Assembly (NCBI GenBank): GCA_019873625.1
Contig: JAIOAW010000004.1
Location: 33,324 to 97,323 of the forward strand
Direction of reading: 5' to 3'
Source: Chloroflexota bacterium
GTDB lineage: Bacteria; Chloroflexota; Anaerolineae; UBA1429
Length of the DNA: 64,000 nt
Part shown: positions 45,651-55,468 of the stretch, one piece after another
Layout: each line of letters begins with the position of its first letter
Numbering within the stretch: position 1 is the first letter of the stretch
The notes under the pieces: model-generated
What the model was told of the DNA's origin: nothing
The model's input: only the letters and a program-made list of their open reading frames with translations
Database searches by the model: none
Program-made: the position numbers and the translations under genes

Positions 45651-47276
45651 ATGAACGATAGCCCCCCTCAAACCGTCCGAGGAGACGAGGCCCTGGCCCT
45701 GGGCGCCCTGGCTGCCGGCATCGGCCTGGCCGTGGGCTACCCCGGCGCGCCGGCCACGGGCATTTTCGAGGCGCTGGCGCGCCTTTCGGTGCCTGGGCAG
45801 GTTACCCTAGAATGGGCCGCGAATGAAAAGGTGGCCATCGAGATGGCCATCGGCGCCTCCCTCGCGGGCACGCGCGCCTTGGTGATCGTCAAAGGGGTGG
45901 GGCTGAACATCGCCCTGGACCCGCTCGCGACGATGTCTTATGCCGGCTGTCATACGGGGTTGGTCATTGCCGTGGGAGATGACCCCGGCGGCTGGTCCTC
46001 GCAGAACGAACAGGATTCGCGCTGGCTTGCCCGCCTGGCCGAGGTGCCCATCGTAGAGGCCACCGAGACGGCCTCGGCGGCGGCGCTTATGGCCCAGGCC
46101 TTTGCCTGGAGCGAAGGGCTGTACACGCCCGTAATCCTGCGCTTGACGCGCGGCCTAGCCCAAGAGCGCGCCGCCCTGCGCGAACCGCCTTGGCAACTCC
46201 CGCCCGCGCTGGGGCGATTTCTCCGCAAAGAGGATCGGTGGATGGTTTACCCCCGCGTGGTGGTGCGGCGCCGCCACAGCCTGCACCGGCGGCTGCGGTC
46301 GTTCGCGCAGGCGCTCGTCAGTTCGCCGTATGACGCCCTATGCGGCGCAGGAGACCTGGGCATCTTGGCGGCCGGGCACCCCTTTTCAAAGGTGCGCCGC
46401 CTTGTGGAGGGGAATGGGAACATCTCCCTCTTGGGTATGGCTAGCGCCTGGCCCTTGCCCGAGGAGCGGCTCATCCCTTGGATGCGCACCTTGCGCCGCC
46501 TGCTCATCCTCGAGGAGGGCGGGCCGTTCGTCGAGGAGCAAATCCGCGCCCTGGCCCAACGGGCCGGCCTATCTTTGGAAATCTTGGGGCGCGCGAACCG
46601 GGCCATCCCCGAAGAGGGGGAGATCGTCGAAGAGGACCTGCGCAGGGGCCTGATGGCGCTCACCGCCGAAGGGCCTTTTGAACGGGTGAACACATGCACC
46701 GAGCCGCCCATCCCCCCTTCTTCCCTCTGTGAAGATTGCCCTTACCGCCCCACGTTCGAGGCCTTGCGCGCCGCGATGGAACGCCAAGGGGGGCGCGAGC
46801 GCTACCTCGTGGTCGGCGAGACGGGTTGTATGGTGCGGGCCATCCCCACCGGCCTTTTTGACGTGAAGTACTCGCTGGGGTCGGCCTTGGGCATTGCCCT
46901 GGGGCTGGCCCTCTATGAAAGGCACCATCGCGTCATCGCGCTCGTGGGAGATTCCTGCTTTTTCCACAGCGAGGTGAACGCCTTGCCCACCTTAGCCCAA
47001 TGCCGGGCGCCTGTCGCAATCCTCTTGCTGGATAATGGCTCCACGGCGCAGACGGGCGGCCAACCCCACCCCGGCACGCCTTATGACGCGCGGCATTCGC
47101 CAAGGGCGCCGGTGGAAATCGAACGCGTCCTTGCGGCCTACGGCCTGGAGGCGGAGGTCCTTTCGCCCCGCAACCCCTCGGCCTTGCAGGCCGCCTTCGA
47201 GGCGGCGCTTGGCGCCGAAGGGCCAAGGGTGCTCATCGTCCGCGAACCCTGCCCACGCTACCGCCAGGGAGGGTGA
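45651..47276 (+). CDS. Indolepyruvate:ferredoxin oxidoreductase alpha-subunit-like TPP enzyme
   Basis: GDEALALGAL..G....GYPGAPAT.I, NEKVAIE.A.GASLAG, K.VGLNIALD, SSQNEQDSR, LCEDCPYR, GDSCFFHS...LDNGSTAQTGGQPHPGT. Confidence 0.85.
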   Translation: MNDSPPQTVRGDEALALGALAAGIGLAVGYPGAPATGIFEALARLSVPGQVTLEWAANEKVAIEMAIGASLAGTRALVIVKGVGLNIALDPLATMSYAGCHTGLVIAVGDDPGGWSSQNEQDSRWLARLAEVPIVEATETASAAALMAQAFAWSEGLYTPVILRLTRGLAQERAALREPPWQLPPALGRFLRKEDRWMVYPRVVVRRRHSLHRRLRSFAQALVSSPYDALCGAGDLGILAAGHPFSKVRRLVEGNGNISLLGMASAWPLPEERLIPWMRTLRRLLILEEGGPFVEEQIRALAQRAGLSLEILGRANRAIPEEGEIVEEDLRRGLMALTAEGPFERVNTCTEPPIPPSSLCEDCPYRPTFEALRAAMERQGGRERYLVVGETGCMVRAIPTGLFDVKYSLGSALGIALGLALYERHHRVIALVGDSCFFHSEVNALPTLAQCRAPVAILLLDNGSTAQTGGQPHPGTPYDARHSPRAPVEIERVLAAYGLEAEVLSPRNPSALQAAFEAALGAEGPRVLIVREPCPRYRQGG

Positions 47277-47278
47277 CT

Positions 47279-48568
47279 ATGGGCGCGACCTTTTTGCACG
47301 CCGCCGATGTGCACTTGGGGTATGAGCAGTATAACTGCCCTGAGCGATATGACGATTTCGCCCGCGCCTTTGAGCACCTCGTTCACGAGGCCATCCAACG
47401 GCGGGTGGATGCGCTCCTTCTGGCCGGGGACCTTTTCCACAAGCGCACCCTCGAGCCGCGCACCCTTTTGCAGGCCAGTTACTTCCTGCAAACCCTGCGT
47501 GAGGCGGGCATCCCCGTCATCGCCGTGGAGGGCAACCATGACCGCCCGCGCTTTCATAACGAACTTTCCTGGTTGGATTACCTCGCCGAACTCGGCCTGC
47601 TCACGCTCCTCGCCCCTTCTCTCGAGGGGAATCGGGTTACCCTCACCCCTTGGGATCCCGCCACGCGCCAAGGGGCCTATATAGACCTCCCCTGCGGCTT
47701 GCGCGTGGTGGGCTGCCCGTACTACGGCGCGAGCACCCCGCGCGTCTTACGAGAGATGGCCGAACCACTCCACACGCTGCGCGCGCAGGGTGGCGCGCCG
47801 TTTACTGCGCTCCTCATCCACGCCGGGTTGCAGGGCATCCTCGATGAATACGCCGGCACCCTCACCCGGCAAGACCTGGAGCCTCTGCGCGGCGCGATAG
47901 ATTACGTGGCCCTCGGGCACATCCACAAGCCCTTCATCCAGGATGATTGGCTCTATAACCCCGGCTCTTTGGAGACGAACAGCGTGGACGAGGCCGGTTG
48001 GGACGATCGGGGCTATTTTTACGTGGAGGTGGAGCCTTCTCGCCGCCCGGCGCACCGCGCGCAGGCCATCCGCGGGCGACGTCGGCCTTTTTTGCGATTC
48101 TCCTTCGCGGTGGACGCCTACCGCTCGCCCGAGGTGCTCGAAGAGGCCCTCCTCGCCTTTCTCGATCGCCAAACCTCCGAGGCCATCCGCCGCGAAAGGC
48201 CCGTGGTCGAACTCGCCCTGCGAGGCGTGCTCGCCTTTGACGCGGCGCGCCTCGAACTCGCCCGCCTGGAGGAATTCGTTCGCGAACGCTTTCAGGCCGT
48301 GTATTGCCATTTGCGCAACCTCACCGCGCCCACGGCCTTCGAGGTTTCACCGACGGAGGAGATGACCCGAGATGAGTTGGAGCGCTACGTCTTGCAGGAA
48401 CTCATCTCGCGGGATGCCCAACGCCAGCCCCAGAGCGAGCGTTGGGCGCGGCTCCTCCTTGACCTCAAACGCCTCGGGCTGGAAGAACGGCCGCCCGAGG
48501 AGGTCATCGCCCTGTTAGAGGGCGCCCTCGGCGAGATCGAACCTCTTGAAGGGGATGCCGAATGCTGA
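47279..48568 (+). CDS. Mre11/SbcD-family DNA repair nuclease
   Basis: FLHAADVHLG, LLAGDLFH, VEGNHD, HAG, YVALGHIHK...YNPGSLE phosphoesterase motifs. Confidence 0.93.
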   Translation: MGATFLHAADVHLGYEQYNCPERYDDFARAFEHLVHEAIQRRVDALLLAGDLFHKRTLEPRTLLQASYFLQTLREAGIPVIAVEGNHDRPRFHNELSWLDYLAELGLLTLLAPSLEGNRVTLTPWDPATRQGAYIDLPCGLRVVGCPYYGASTPRVLREMAEPLHTLRAQGGAPFTALLIHAGLQGILDEYAGTLTRQDLEPLRGAIDYVALGHIHKPFIQDDWLYNPGSLETNSVDEAGWDDRGYFYVEVEPSRRPAHRAQAIRGRRRPFLRFSFAVDAYRSPEVLEEALLAFLDRQTSEAIRRERPVVELALRGVLAFDAARLELARLEEFVRERFQAVYCHLRNLTAPTAFEVSPTEEMTRDELERYVLQELISRDAQRQPQSERWARLLLDLKRLGLEERPPEEVIALLEGALGEIEPLEGDAEC

Positions 48569-51285
48569 TCGAGCAACTCGAGTTGGAGAATTTCAAGAGT
48601 TACGTCCACGCCGTCATCCCCCTGGCGCCGGGCACGAATGCCATCGTCGGGGCGAACGGCGCGGGCAAGAGCAGCCTCCTCGAGGCGCTGGGGTTTGCCC
48701 TGTTTGGCGTCATCCCCGATGGGTTCAAACTGGCCAACCTCCTCCGCGAGGGGAGCACGGTTGGGCGCGTGGTCATCACCCTATGCTCCTCCGCCGACGA
48801 GCGCCGCTACGAGGTGGAGCGGAGTTTCAACGCCAACACGACGACGCGCTACCGCGTGTATGACCTCGAACTGGGGCGCGCCATTGTGGCCGAGGGGCAA
48901 GAGGCCGTGGCGAATTGGATGCGCTACCATCTGCGCATGGAGCCTTCGGCGAACCTAGGGCAGTTTTTTGAAAACACCATCGGCGTGCCTCAGGGGACCT
49001 TCACCACGCCCTTTTTACAAGCGGCTAGAGAGCGCAAGACCATCTTCGATGCGCTCCTACAGGTGGAGGATTACCGCAGGGCGAGCGAAAAACTTTTGGA
49101 TGCCGAACGGTTCCTCGAGGGGCGCCTCAACGCGCTCGAGCGCGATATGGCCCGCCTTGAGGGGGAATTGAGCAGCCTCCCGGCCCTGGAGGAAGAGGCC
49201 CAGGCGCTCGCCGAGCGCATCGCCGCCCTTGGGGAGGAGGAAAAGGCCTCACGTGAGGCGCTGCATCGGGCCGAAGAGGCGCTTGCCGCCTATGAAGAAG
49301 CCGAAAAGCGCCTGCAAGAGGCGCAAAGCCGCTTCGAGCAGGCCCGCGAGCGCCTCCGCGCGCAGGAGGGCCTCGTTCAAGAGGCCGAGCGCGCCGTGGC
49401 CGAGGCCGAAGAGGCGGCGCGCGTCGTAGAAGAGACGCACGCCGACCATAAGGCCTTCCTTGAGGCAGAGGCGCGTTGGGGCGCCCTGGAGGAGGCCCGC
49501 CGCACGCGAGACGCCCTTCGGGAGGAGAGAAACGCCCTCCTGCGCGAGCGCGACCAGATCTCCTTCGAGCGCGCCCAAGCGCTCAAACGCCTTCAAGAAC
49601 TGAGGGAAATCGCCGCCGCCCTGGAAGCGCTTGCGCCCGCAGTGGCCGAACAGGAGCGCCTCGAAGGGGCCTTGGAAGAGGCCAAACGGCGCTGTTTGGA
49701 ATATGAACAGGTGGCCAAACAACTGGCCGATGGGGAGGCCCAAGTGGCCTCCGCCCAAAGGGAAGCCGAGCGCCTGGCCCAAGAGGCGGCGCGGGCCGCC
49801 GCCCTGGCCCAAGAGATTACGGCCCTCCAAGCCGAGGCCCAAGCGCGGCGCGAGGAGGCCGGCCAAGCGGCTTCCCACTTGGCCGTGCTCTCGGCAGAAC
49901 GGGCGCGCCTAGAGAGCCAGTCGGAGGCGCTCCGGCAGGCCCAAGAGGCGCGCTGCCCGGTGTGCGAATCGGAACTCGCCCCCGAGCGCCGCGATGAACT
50001 CTTGGCGCGCAACGCCCAGCGCATCGCCGAGTTAGAAGGGAAAGAGGCAGAAGCCGCCCGCCTCCGCCGCGAAGCGGAACGCGCCGCCCAAAAGGCCGAA
50101 GCGGAGGCCGCCCGCCTGCAAAAGGAGCGCGAGCGCCTGGCCGGAGAGGCGGAAAGCGCGCGCGCACGCCAGCGTTTGGCCGATCTCGAAGGGCGCTGTG
50201 CCCAAGCCCGCCGTGCCCTCGAGACCCTGGCCGATGCCCCCGCCGCGCGCGAGGCCCTTTCGGCGCAACTCCAGGCCCTGGGGAACCCGCGCCAGCAGGC
50301 CCACCTGTATGCGGCCCAACTCCGCGAGCGCCCCCGCCTTGAAGAGGAATCCGCCCGGTTGGAGGGCGCCTTAGGCGCCCTCGCTACGCGCCTCGAAGCG
50401 CTGGAGGGGGAACTTGCCGCCTACGAACGTTTGGATGACGAACTGGCCGCCCTCCGCGCGGAACGCGAGCGGCACCGCGCCGGGCATGAGCGCTACCTGG
50501 CCCATGCGCACACCGCTGGCCAACGGGAACCCCGCCGCGCCGCGCTGGAGGAACGCCTGAAGGCGCGCGAGGCGGCCCAAAGGGCGCTTGAGGCGCTGGC
50601 CGCCCAGGTGGCGGAGGCCCAGGCCGCTTACGATGGGGCGGCGCACCGCGCGGCGCGCGAGCGGTTCCTCGCCCTGCGCGATGAGGCCTCGCGCTTGGCC
50701 GCCGAACGCGCCGCCAAAGAGGCGCGCCACCGGCAGGTGCTCGAGCACATCCAAGCCCTTTACGCCCGCCGTGAGGAACTGGCGCGCCAGAAGCGGGAGC
50801 ACGCTCGCACCGCACACCTACGCCAAACGCTCAAGTGGGCGCGCAACCTGTTGCGCGAGGCCGGGCCGTACATCACCCGGCAGTTGGTGCGGCGCATCTC
50901 GCACGAGGCCTCGACCCTTTACGGCGATATTATGGGAGATTACAGCGGCCATCTGGAATGGTCCGAGGATTACGAACTCGCGCTGGAGGTGCGGGGCAAT
51001 CGCCGCACCTTCCGCCAACTTTCTGGGGGCGAGCAGATGTGCGCGGCGCTTGCCCTGCGTTTGGCGCTCTTGCGCGAAATGTCGCATATTGATATCGCCT
51101 TTTTCGATGAGCCGACCACGAACTTGGATGCCGACCGGCGCGAGGGTTTGGCCGAACGCATTATGCAGGTGCGCGGCTTTACTCAACTTTTCGTCATCAG
51201 CCACGATGATACCTTTGAGCGCGCTGCCCAGAATTTCATCCGCATCGTCAAAGATGCCTCCGGCAGCCGTGTGGAGACGGCCTAA
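48562..51285 (+). CDS. Rad50/SbcC-family ATPase with zinc hook
   Basis: NFKSY, GANGAGKSS, central CPVC zinc hook in coiled coil, LSGGEQ, FFDEPTTNLD, VISHD; 907 aa. Confidence 0.94.
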   Translation: MLIEQLELENFKSYVHAVIPLAPGTNAIVGANGAGKSSLLEALGFALFGVIPDGFKLANLLREGSTVGRVVITLCSSADERRYEVERSFNANTTTRYRVYDLELGRAIVAEGQEAVANWMRYHLRMEPSANLGQFFENTIGVPQGTFTTPFLQAARERKTIFDALLQVEDYRRASEKLLDAERFLEGRLNALERDMARLEGELSSLPALEEEAQALAERIAALGEEEKASREALHRAEEALAAYEEAEKRLQEAQSRFEQARERLRAQEGLVQEAERAVAEAEEAARVVEETHADHKAFLEAEARWGALEEARRTRDALREERNALLRERDQISFERAQALKRLQELREIAAALEALAPAVAEQERLEGALEEAKRRCLEYEQVAKQLADGEAQVASAQREAERLAQEAARAAALAQEITALQAEAQARREEAGQAASHLAVLSAERARLESQSEALRQAQEARCPVCESELAPERRDELLARNAQRIAELEGKEAEAARLRREAERAAQKAEAEAARLQKERERLAGEAESARARQRLADLEGRCAQARRALETLADAPAAREALSAQLQALGNPRQQAHLYAAQLRERPRLEEESARLEGALGALATRLEALEGELAAYERLDDELAALRAERERHRAGHERYLAHAHTAGQREPRRAALEERLKAREAAQRALEALAAQVAEAQAAYDGAAHRAARERFLALRDEASRLAAERAAKEARHRQVLEHIQALYARREELARQKREHARTAHLRQTLKWARNLLREAGPYITRQLVRRISHEASTLYGDIMGDYSGHLEWSEDYELALEVRGNRRTFRQLSGGEQMCAALALRLALLREMSHIDIAFFDEPTTNLDADRREGLAERIMQVRGFTQLFVISHDDTFERAAQNFIRIVKDASGSRVETA

Positions 51286-51287
51286 CG

Positions 51288-52472
51288 ATGCTCAGCCCAC
51301 CCCATGTCCTCGCCGCGCTCGAAGCGAAGCGCGCCGCCTTTGAAGGCTACGAACTGCGCACTGGCCAGGCCCTCGAGCACTATCGCCAAGCCCTGGCCTG
51401 GTTCGCCGGCCAAGAGTATGCCTCCCTCAGAGCGCGCCTGGCGGGTTCGGCGGCCCCCGGTGCGCGCCCCAGTTGCGAGCGGGAGGCAGGGCGGCCCTTC
51501 ATCCGCCCCTTTGGCCTCACGTGGGAGCATCACGCCCAGGCCCGCGCTTGGGCTATGGAGGTCCTTCGCGGCGTCATCACCGCCGCGGTGGATGGCTCGC
51601 AGATTACGCCGAGCGCGGATTTCTCCATCCCCGTGGGGGCCGTGCAGGTGGGTTGGTTCGTCAACCCCCATCGGGAGGGGGCGCCCTATATCAAAGATTT
51701 GGCCTTTGAGGTGCTGGCCCCCGCCGAACTCCAGCCCGGCCAAGAGATGGCCGAGCGTGAATTCCCAGACCTACAAGTGAACTTGCGCCGCTTTGAGCGG
51801 GAGTGCGCCCAACTTATCCGCTTGATGGAGCGCTTCCAGCGGGAGGGGGCCAAGGCGCTCTGCTTTTTCGATGGGTCGCTCGTGATCTCTTTTGCGGGGC
51901 ATATGCGGCCCGAACTACGCGCCCGGTATATAGATGCCATCGTCGCGCTCATCGAGGCCTCCGAACGGACGCGCATCCCCCTCGTGGGGTATATTGATAC
52001 GTCTCACGCCGCCGACCTGACGGCTATGCTCGACTACCTGTTGGGCCGTTCGCCCGCTGCCCGCCCGAGCGACGCCTCCCTTTTGCGCCGCGAGATGGCC
52101 TGGGGAGACCGCACCGAGGCCTTGCAGTGTGCCCGGCAAGACCTCGTCTTTGACGAGGGCGTTCGCCCTAGTTATTACGAGCGCGTCTATTTTGTCTATC
52201 TGAAGACGACCTCCGAAAACGCGCCGGCCCGGCTAGATCTGCCCGGTTGGATTGTGGAAGAGGGCCTGCTGGGTTGGGTGCTTGATGTGGTGCGCGCCGA
52301 ATGCGTCGTGGGCACGGGGTACCCCTATGCCCTTGAGACGGCGGATGCCCTGGCGGTGATCACCACCCCAGATCGGGAACGATTCTACCGCCTGTGCCAA
52401 GAGTTCTTGGCGCAAAGCCAAATCCCCTTGCGTTATTCGCGCAAGGCTTACAGCAAGCGGAGCAGGCGCTGA
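51288..52472 (+). CDS. nurA: NurA-family 5'-3' nuclease
   Basis: AAVDGSQ, FFDGSL and GYPYALETAD.LA motifs; located between rad50 and herA. Confidence 0.85.
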   Translation: MLSPPHVLAALEAKRAAFEGYELRTGQALEHYRQALAWFAGQEYASLRARLAGSAAPGARPSCEREAGRPFIRPFGLTWEHHAQARAWAMEVLRGVITAAVDGSQITPSADFSIPVGAVQVGWFVNPHREGAPYIKDLAFEVLAPAELQPGQEMAEREFPDLQVNLRRFERECAQLIRLMERFQREGAKALCFFDGSLVISFAGHMRPELRARYIDAIVALIEASERTRIPLVGYIDTSHAADLTAMLDYLLGRSPAARPSDASLLRREMAWGDRTEALQCARQDLVFDEGVRPSYYERVYFVYLKTTSENAPARLDLPGWIVEEGLLGWVLDVVRAECVVGTGYPYALETADALAVITTPDRERFYRLCQEFLAQSQIPLRYSRKAYSKRSRR

Positions 52473-52493
52473 ACTTGCAGGGAGTGCGAGGCG

Positions 52494-53081
52494 ATGATCG
52501 GCAAGATCACCAGTTCGAGTTCGCATATCACCTATGTGTGCCAAGTCTATGGCGAGCGCGAGGTGCCCAACCCCCCGCGCGCCGAAGAGTACGGGTTCGG
52601 CACCTTCGTGGGCATCTCTCAACGCGGGGGCGGTTACCTTGTGGGGGTCATCTCCAATACGACCCTCCTCAACCCCGAGTTCGGCACCTTGGGGCCGCGC
52701 CTCTCGCCGGAGGCGGATTTGGCCGTCTTTGCGCCCGATTACCTCTCTGAAAAGTTGACGCTCGTCTCCATCACCATCCTTGGCGCGGTGGATGACGCCG
52801 GCCGCGTGACCCAAGGGGTGCCCACCGTCGCCGCCGAGATAGATGCCCCCGTGCGGCGCCTCACGCAAGAGGAGATCATCGCCTTCCACCGCGCGGGCGG
52901 TTCTTTGCAAATCGCTTATCTGCCGATGTTGTTGAATAACGCCTCCAAGGACCCCCTGATGGGGGCCTTGGCGCTCGACCTCATCGGCCAACTGGAACGG
53001 CTTTTCCCCGAAGAGGGTTCCCGCCTGGCCCTTTTGAAGGGGAACGTCGCCTGGCGCGCCCGCGTCGAACCGTTAGGGTAA
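52494..53081 (+). CDS. Stand-alone HAS-barrel-like protein
   Basis: MIGKITSSSS...YGFGTFV...LVGVISN...L.NPE...APDYL beta-barrel pattern parallels the HerA N-terminal HAS barrel; no ATPase motifs. Confidence 0.65.
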   Translation: MIGKITSSSSHITYVCQVYGEREVPNPPRAEEYGFGTFVGISQRGGGYLVGVISNTTLLNPEFGTLGPRLSPEADLAVFAPDYLSEKLTLVSITILGAVDDAGRVTQGVPTVAAEIDAPVRRLTQEEIIAFHRAGGSLQIAYLPMLLNNASKDPLMGALALDLIGQLERLFPEEGSRLALLKGNVAWRARVEPLG

Positions 53082-53094
53082 AGAGGAGGGGACG

Positions 53095-54789
53095 ATGCTC
53101 CAGGAACCCATCGGCACCACCAAGGGGCCGGGCGAAACGCCCCACGAATATACCTTTATCACGCGAGATCCCGACCAGCGCGTGAAATATGGCGAGTTCG
53201 TGTACTATTGTGCGCCGGTTGAGGGCGAGAGGCGCGAGATCTTGGCCCGCGTCAGCCGGCGCGAACCGATCCGCCTTTACCCCGATACCTTTTTGGCGGA
53301 CCCCTCCGTGCCCCCGCAGGAACTAGGGCGCCTGCTGGGGTACGATCAACCCGCGGACCTCTTTCAAATCACCGCCACCATCCTCGGCTATTACGACCAA
53401 ACCCTGGGCTTCGTCAACCCGCGCACGCCGCCCCCGGCCGGCACGCCCATCTACATCGCGCCCGATGAAATGTTGCGGGCCGTCCTATGCCGGCGCCAGG
53501 TGGGCGAGGAGGGTGCCATCCACGTGGGGTCGCTGCTCAGCCGCGCCCGAGACCGCGTGCCCGTCGTGCTCGATGCACGGGGATTCACGAGCACGCACCT
53601 GGCCATCATCGCCTCCACCGGTTCCGGCAAGAGTTACCTGGCTGGGGTCATCTTAGAGGAGTTGATGAAGCCCACCACCCGCGCCGCCGTGCTCGTGGTG
53701 GACCCCCACGCCGAGTATCACACCCTCGCCGAGATGGAGAACCTCCCCGCCTTTGCCGCGGAGGGCTATCGCCCTCGCGTCAAGGTCATCCGCCCCGACG
53801 ATATCAGGGTGCGCGTCTCCTCGTTGGATTTGGGCGACCTACGCTACCTTCTCCCCAACCTTTCGGAGCGGATGCACTACCTCTTGGGGCAGGCCTACCG
53901 CCGGGTGCGGCGGGAATATGGCGACAAGTGGACCCGCGCCCATCTGCGTATGGCCATCCGCCAGGGTATAGGAGATAAAGACGCGCCCCCGCCCGAGGAG
54001 GAGGGCACAGATGAGGATTCCACCGTGGGCGCGCTCATTTGGCGGGTGAATTCCATCCTCGAGAGCAAGATCTTTGACGATTTCGTCAGCCTCCCCTTAG
54101 GGGACCTCTTTTGCCCTGGCCAATGCACCATCTTGCAGTTGAACGAAATCGCCGAACGCGAACAACAGATCGTGGTGGCCACGCTCCTACGGCGCCTGAA
54201 CCAGGCCCGCGTAGAGACGGTGGGCGGCCGCACCCAACCCGGAGACGAGTACTACCTCCCTTACCCCGCCTTTGTGATGATCGAAGAGGCGCACCGCTTT
54301 GCCCCCGCCAACGCCGAGATCATCACAACGAACATCCTAAAGCAAATCCTCTCCGAAGGGCGCAAGTTCGGCGTGGCCGTGGGGTTGATCAGCCAGCGCC
54401 CGGGCAAACTCGATAGCGACGTCCTCTCGCAATGTATGACGCAGTGCATTATGCGCATCGTCAACCCGGTTGATCAGGCGCGCATCGCCGAAAGCGTGGA
54501 ATCGGTGGGGAGGGACCTCTTGATGGAACTGCCCGGCCTCACCAAAGGGCAGGTGATCATCGCAGGCACCTCCGTGAATACGCCCCTCCTCGCCCAGGTG
54601 CGCCAGCGCCTGACGCGCCACGGCGCCGAAGATCCCGACGCCCCGCGCCAGTGGCAGGCTTTCTTCCGCGAGGAAAACGTGGCCCAACGCGCGCGCGACG
54701 AGGCCTTGCCCGTGGGCGAACGGCGCCCCGCAGGCCGCGGGCGCCTGTTCAAGGCCACCGATGCGGATGGCGAACCTTTGCCCTTCTAA
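53095..54789 (+). CDS. herA: HerA-family hexameric helicase/translocase
   Basis: N-terminal HAS barrel, HLAIIASTGSGKS, VVDPHAEY, MIEEAHRFAP, EGRKFG..LISQRPGKLDSDVLSQC. Confidence 0.92.
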   Translation: MLQEPIGTTKGPGETPHEYTFITRDPDQRVKYGEFVYYCAPVEGERREILARVSRREPIRLYPDTFLADPSVPPQELGRLLGYDQPADLFQITATILGYYDQTLGFVNPRTPPPAGTPIYIAPDEMLRAVLCRRQVGEEGAIHVGSLLSRARDRVPVVLDARGFTSTHLAIIASTGSGKSYLAGVILEELMKPTTRAAVLVVDPHAEYHTLAEMENLPAFAAEGYRPRVKVIRPDDIRVRVSSLDLGDLRYLLPNLSERMHYLLGQAYRRVRREYGDKWTRAHLRMAIRQGIGDKDAPPPEEEGTDEDSTVGALIWRVNSILESKIFDDFVSLPLGDLFCPGQCTILQLNEIAEREQQIVVATLLRRLNQARVETVGGRTQPGDEYYLPYPAFVMIEEAHRFAPANAEIITTNILKQILSEGRKFGVAVGLISQRPGKLDSDVLSQCMTQCIMRIVNPVDQARIAESVESVGRDLLMELPGLTKGQVIIAGTSVNTPLLAQVRQRLTRHGAEDPDAPRQWQAFFREENVAQRARDEALPVGERRPAGRGRLFKATDADGEPLPF

Positions 54790-54794
54790 AAGCG

Positions 54795-54830
54795 AACGGG
54801 CTTGGCAGGGCGCCCTGCCAAACCCGTTTT
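54795..54830 (+). terminator. Rho-independent terminator after herA
   Basis: AACGGGcTTGGCAGGG-cg-CCCTGCCAAaCCCGTT followed by TT; lies between convergent genes. Confidence 0.65.
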
Positions 54831-54907
54831 GATGGCGCCTGAAGCGGGGCTGGCGCGGCCTCATCGGCAAAGGACGAGCCAGGTGGCCCAGTTCACAATA
54901 AGGGCAT

Positions 54908-55468
54908 TTACCCCGTGCGGCGGGCCGCCTCTTGGGGCGGCTCGGCGGCCTCCGAGGATTCTTCTAGGCCGTCATTATTCTCCCCAGGGGGGCGCTCGCC
55001 TTGGGCGATGGCGAGTTGTTCGCGCCGGTGCGCCTCGAGGACGCTGATGCCGTTGGCGATGACGCGGCGCAGATATTCGACCTGATCGGCCAACTCGCGC
55101 AGGGTTCGCGCGGCGTATTCATCGGCATCCGCACGGATGCGCGCCGCCCGCTCCTCGGCCTCCTTTAGGATCATCTCGGCCTGCTCTTCGGCCTGGCGGC
55201 GGATGTCGTGCTCATCCAAAAGGCGCGCCGCATCTTCGCGCGCTTGGGCGATGAGGTGCTCTGCCTCTTCCTGGGCCTTGGCGATCAAGCGGTCGCGTTC
55301 CAGTTCGAAATCTTGGGCGCGCTTGATCTCTTGGGGCACGACGATCCACATCTGGGCGATGATCTTGCGAAAGGCATCGCCATCTACAGCCACGCGCCGG
55401 CTGAAGGGTAAGCGCCACCCCGCGCCCACCAATTCTTCAAGGCGATCCAGCAATTGCAAGATGTCTAT
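54908..55468 (-). CDS. Conserved coiled-coil protein downstream of coaD (DivIVA/ATP-synthase-b-like), probable ATA start
   Basis: (I/M)DILQLLDRLEELV...VAVD...I.QM...VPQEIKRA...A..EA coiled coil. RBS AAAGGGGGGG lies 5 nt before ATA. Confidence 0.75.
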   Translation of the reverse strand: MDILQLLDRLEELVGAGWRLPFSRRVAVDGDAFRKIIAQMWIVVPQEIKRAQDFELERDRLIAKAQEEAEHLIAQAREDAARLLDEHDIRRQAEEQAEMILKEAEERAARIRADADEYAARTLRELADQVEYLRRVIANGISVLEAHRREQLAIAQGERPPGENNDGLEESSEAAEPPQEAARRTG

